From a candidate division WOR-3 bacterium (GTDB lineage: Bacteria > Hydrothermota > Tepidihabitantia > Tepidihabitantales > JAOUPE01): DNA of 15,579 nt. Both the position numbers and the translations under genes were made by a program. Each line of letters opens with the position of its first letter. Within the stretch, counting starts at the first letter, position 1. Below, piece by piece: positions 14,955-15,579 of the stretch. The stretch lies in NCBI GenBank assembly GCA_039801565.1, contig JBDRUX010000057.1, positions 1 to 15,579 on the forward strand, written 5' to 3'. The notes beneath the pieces are model-generated. The model was not told where the DNA came from, did not search any database, and saw only the letters and a program-made list of their open reading frames with translations.

Positions 14955-15579
14955 AAATTAGCCTCGGGCAAAGGAATTGTTTTTTCTTTACAAACGATAT
15001 TTAATGTTTCAAGTTCGGCTAAAACCGGTTCATAGATTTCTGAAACCACTGGGATTTGGATACCAGTCAGTTTAATCTTGTCGGTTAAGATTAACTTAGC
15101 GGCAATTGCTGCTGGCAAACTGACGGTGCGGGACATTGCCGTATCGCCATTGGGAATCCCAAAATCAATCAAAGTTGACTCAATCTTTTCTTTTCTCGAT
15201 TCTTTAGGATATTCAGCAATAAACTCGTGTTTTAAGACAATCATATCGCGCTCCCCAGGTTGATAACTCATCTTCTCTTGCATTCGTTTCACTAAAATAT
15301 CGATATTGGCTCCCTTTTCTAAACCGATCGGCTCGTCGGTTAATAACCCCAGCCATTCCAGACGACGAACAATCATTGAATCTTTATCAAGTTTAAGAAA
15401 ATCTGCTAATGCTGAGCGTAAATCAGTATGGTTGGACTGTTTTAACAAATTTTTTAACCAGTCACGATAGGTCAGACCTCTTAGATTATCTAACTCCTTA
15501 TCATCAAGTAAGCCAAGTTCCACAATTTTTTTAAATGTCTCGCACCAACCCAAATTGCGCAGTGTGCCACGACACATTG
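14951..15579 (-). CDS. Saccharopine dehydrogenase/reductase, C-terminal part (starts beyond the window)
   Basis: RGTLR..GW, LEWLGLL, Y.PGERDMIVL.HEF, TAMSRTVSLPAAIAA and G..IP....IYEPVL.EL motifs of the Lys9/AASS-SDH family. Confidence 0.88.
   Translation of the reverse strand, partial: MCRGTLRNLGWCETFKKIVELGLLDDKELDNLRGLTYRDWLKNLLKQSNHTDLRSALADFLKLDKDSMIVRRLEWLGLLTDEPIGLEKGANIDILVKRMQEKMSYQPGERDMIVLKHEFIAEYPKESRKEKIESTLIDFGIPNGDTAMSRTVSLPAAIAAKLILTDKIKLTGIQIPVVSEIYEPVLAELETLNIVCKEKTIPLPEANF

Noticed and set aside
330..15263. Other short ORF-track entries (330-602, 1859-2149, 3921-4208, 4558-4752, 4665-4922, 5389-5586, 6573-6767, 6896-7078, 7026-7307, 7747-8001, 8011-8250, 8951-9166, 9237-9647, 12941-13135, 13657-13908, 15078-15263)
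   Set aside because: They are antisense or alternate-frame shadows of well-supported genes, with no motifs or expression signals.

Overview
Bacterial chromosomal window, almost entirely on the minus strand, from a diderm organism (it encodes a lipoprotein and a small beta-barrel; the overall style suggests an uncultured lineage such as WOR-3, but that is only inference). It contains the thrS-infC-rpmI-rplT-pheS(5' part) operon, livH-livM-livG-livF (no livK) followed by dihydrolipoamide dehydrogenase, a QW-repeat prenyltransferase/squalene-oxidase-like protein, a beta-barrel/lipoprotein pair, a PPC/DUF296 protein, topA, pyrE (+ strand) and the 3' part of a saccharopine dehydrogenase. The genes are mostly housekeeping; the unusual signal is intergenic. 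(1) Near-consensus sigma70 promoters sit 6-11 nt from the start codon of five genes and two unannotated micro-ORFs, pointing to widespread leaderless translation. (2) An unannotated ~115-nt transcription unit at 11215-11330 (-) has its own promoter, a ~21-bp stem, a 39-nt G-free loop carrying an anti-Shine-Dalgarno motif, and an overlapping 30-codon ORF. (3) A ~515-bp segment upstream of thrS is flanked by an 11-bp direct repeat and contains a degenerate 12-bp-periodic array and twin palindromes. (4) A chain of four triloop hairpins lies between the divergent topA and pyrE promoters. All calls were made by eye, without database searches.
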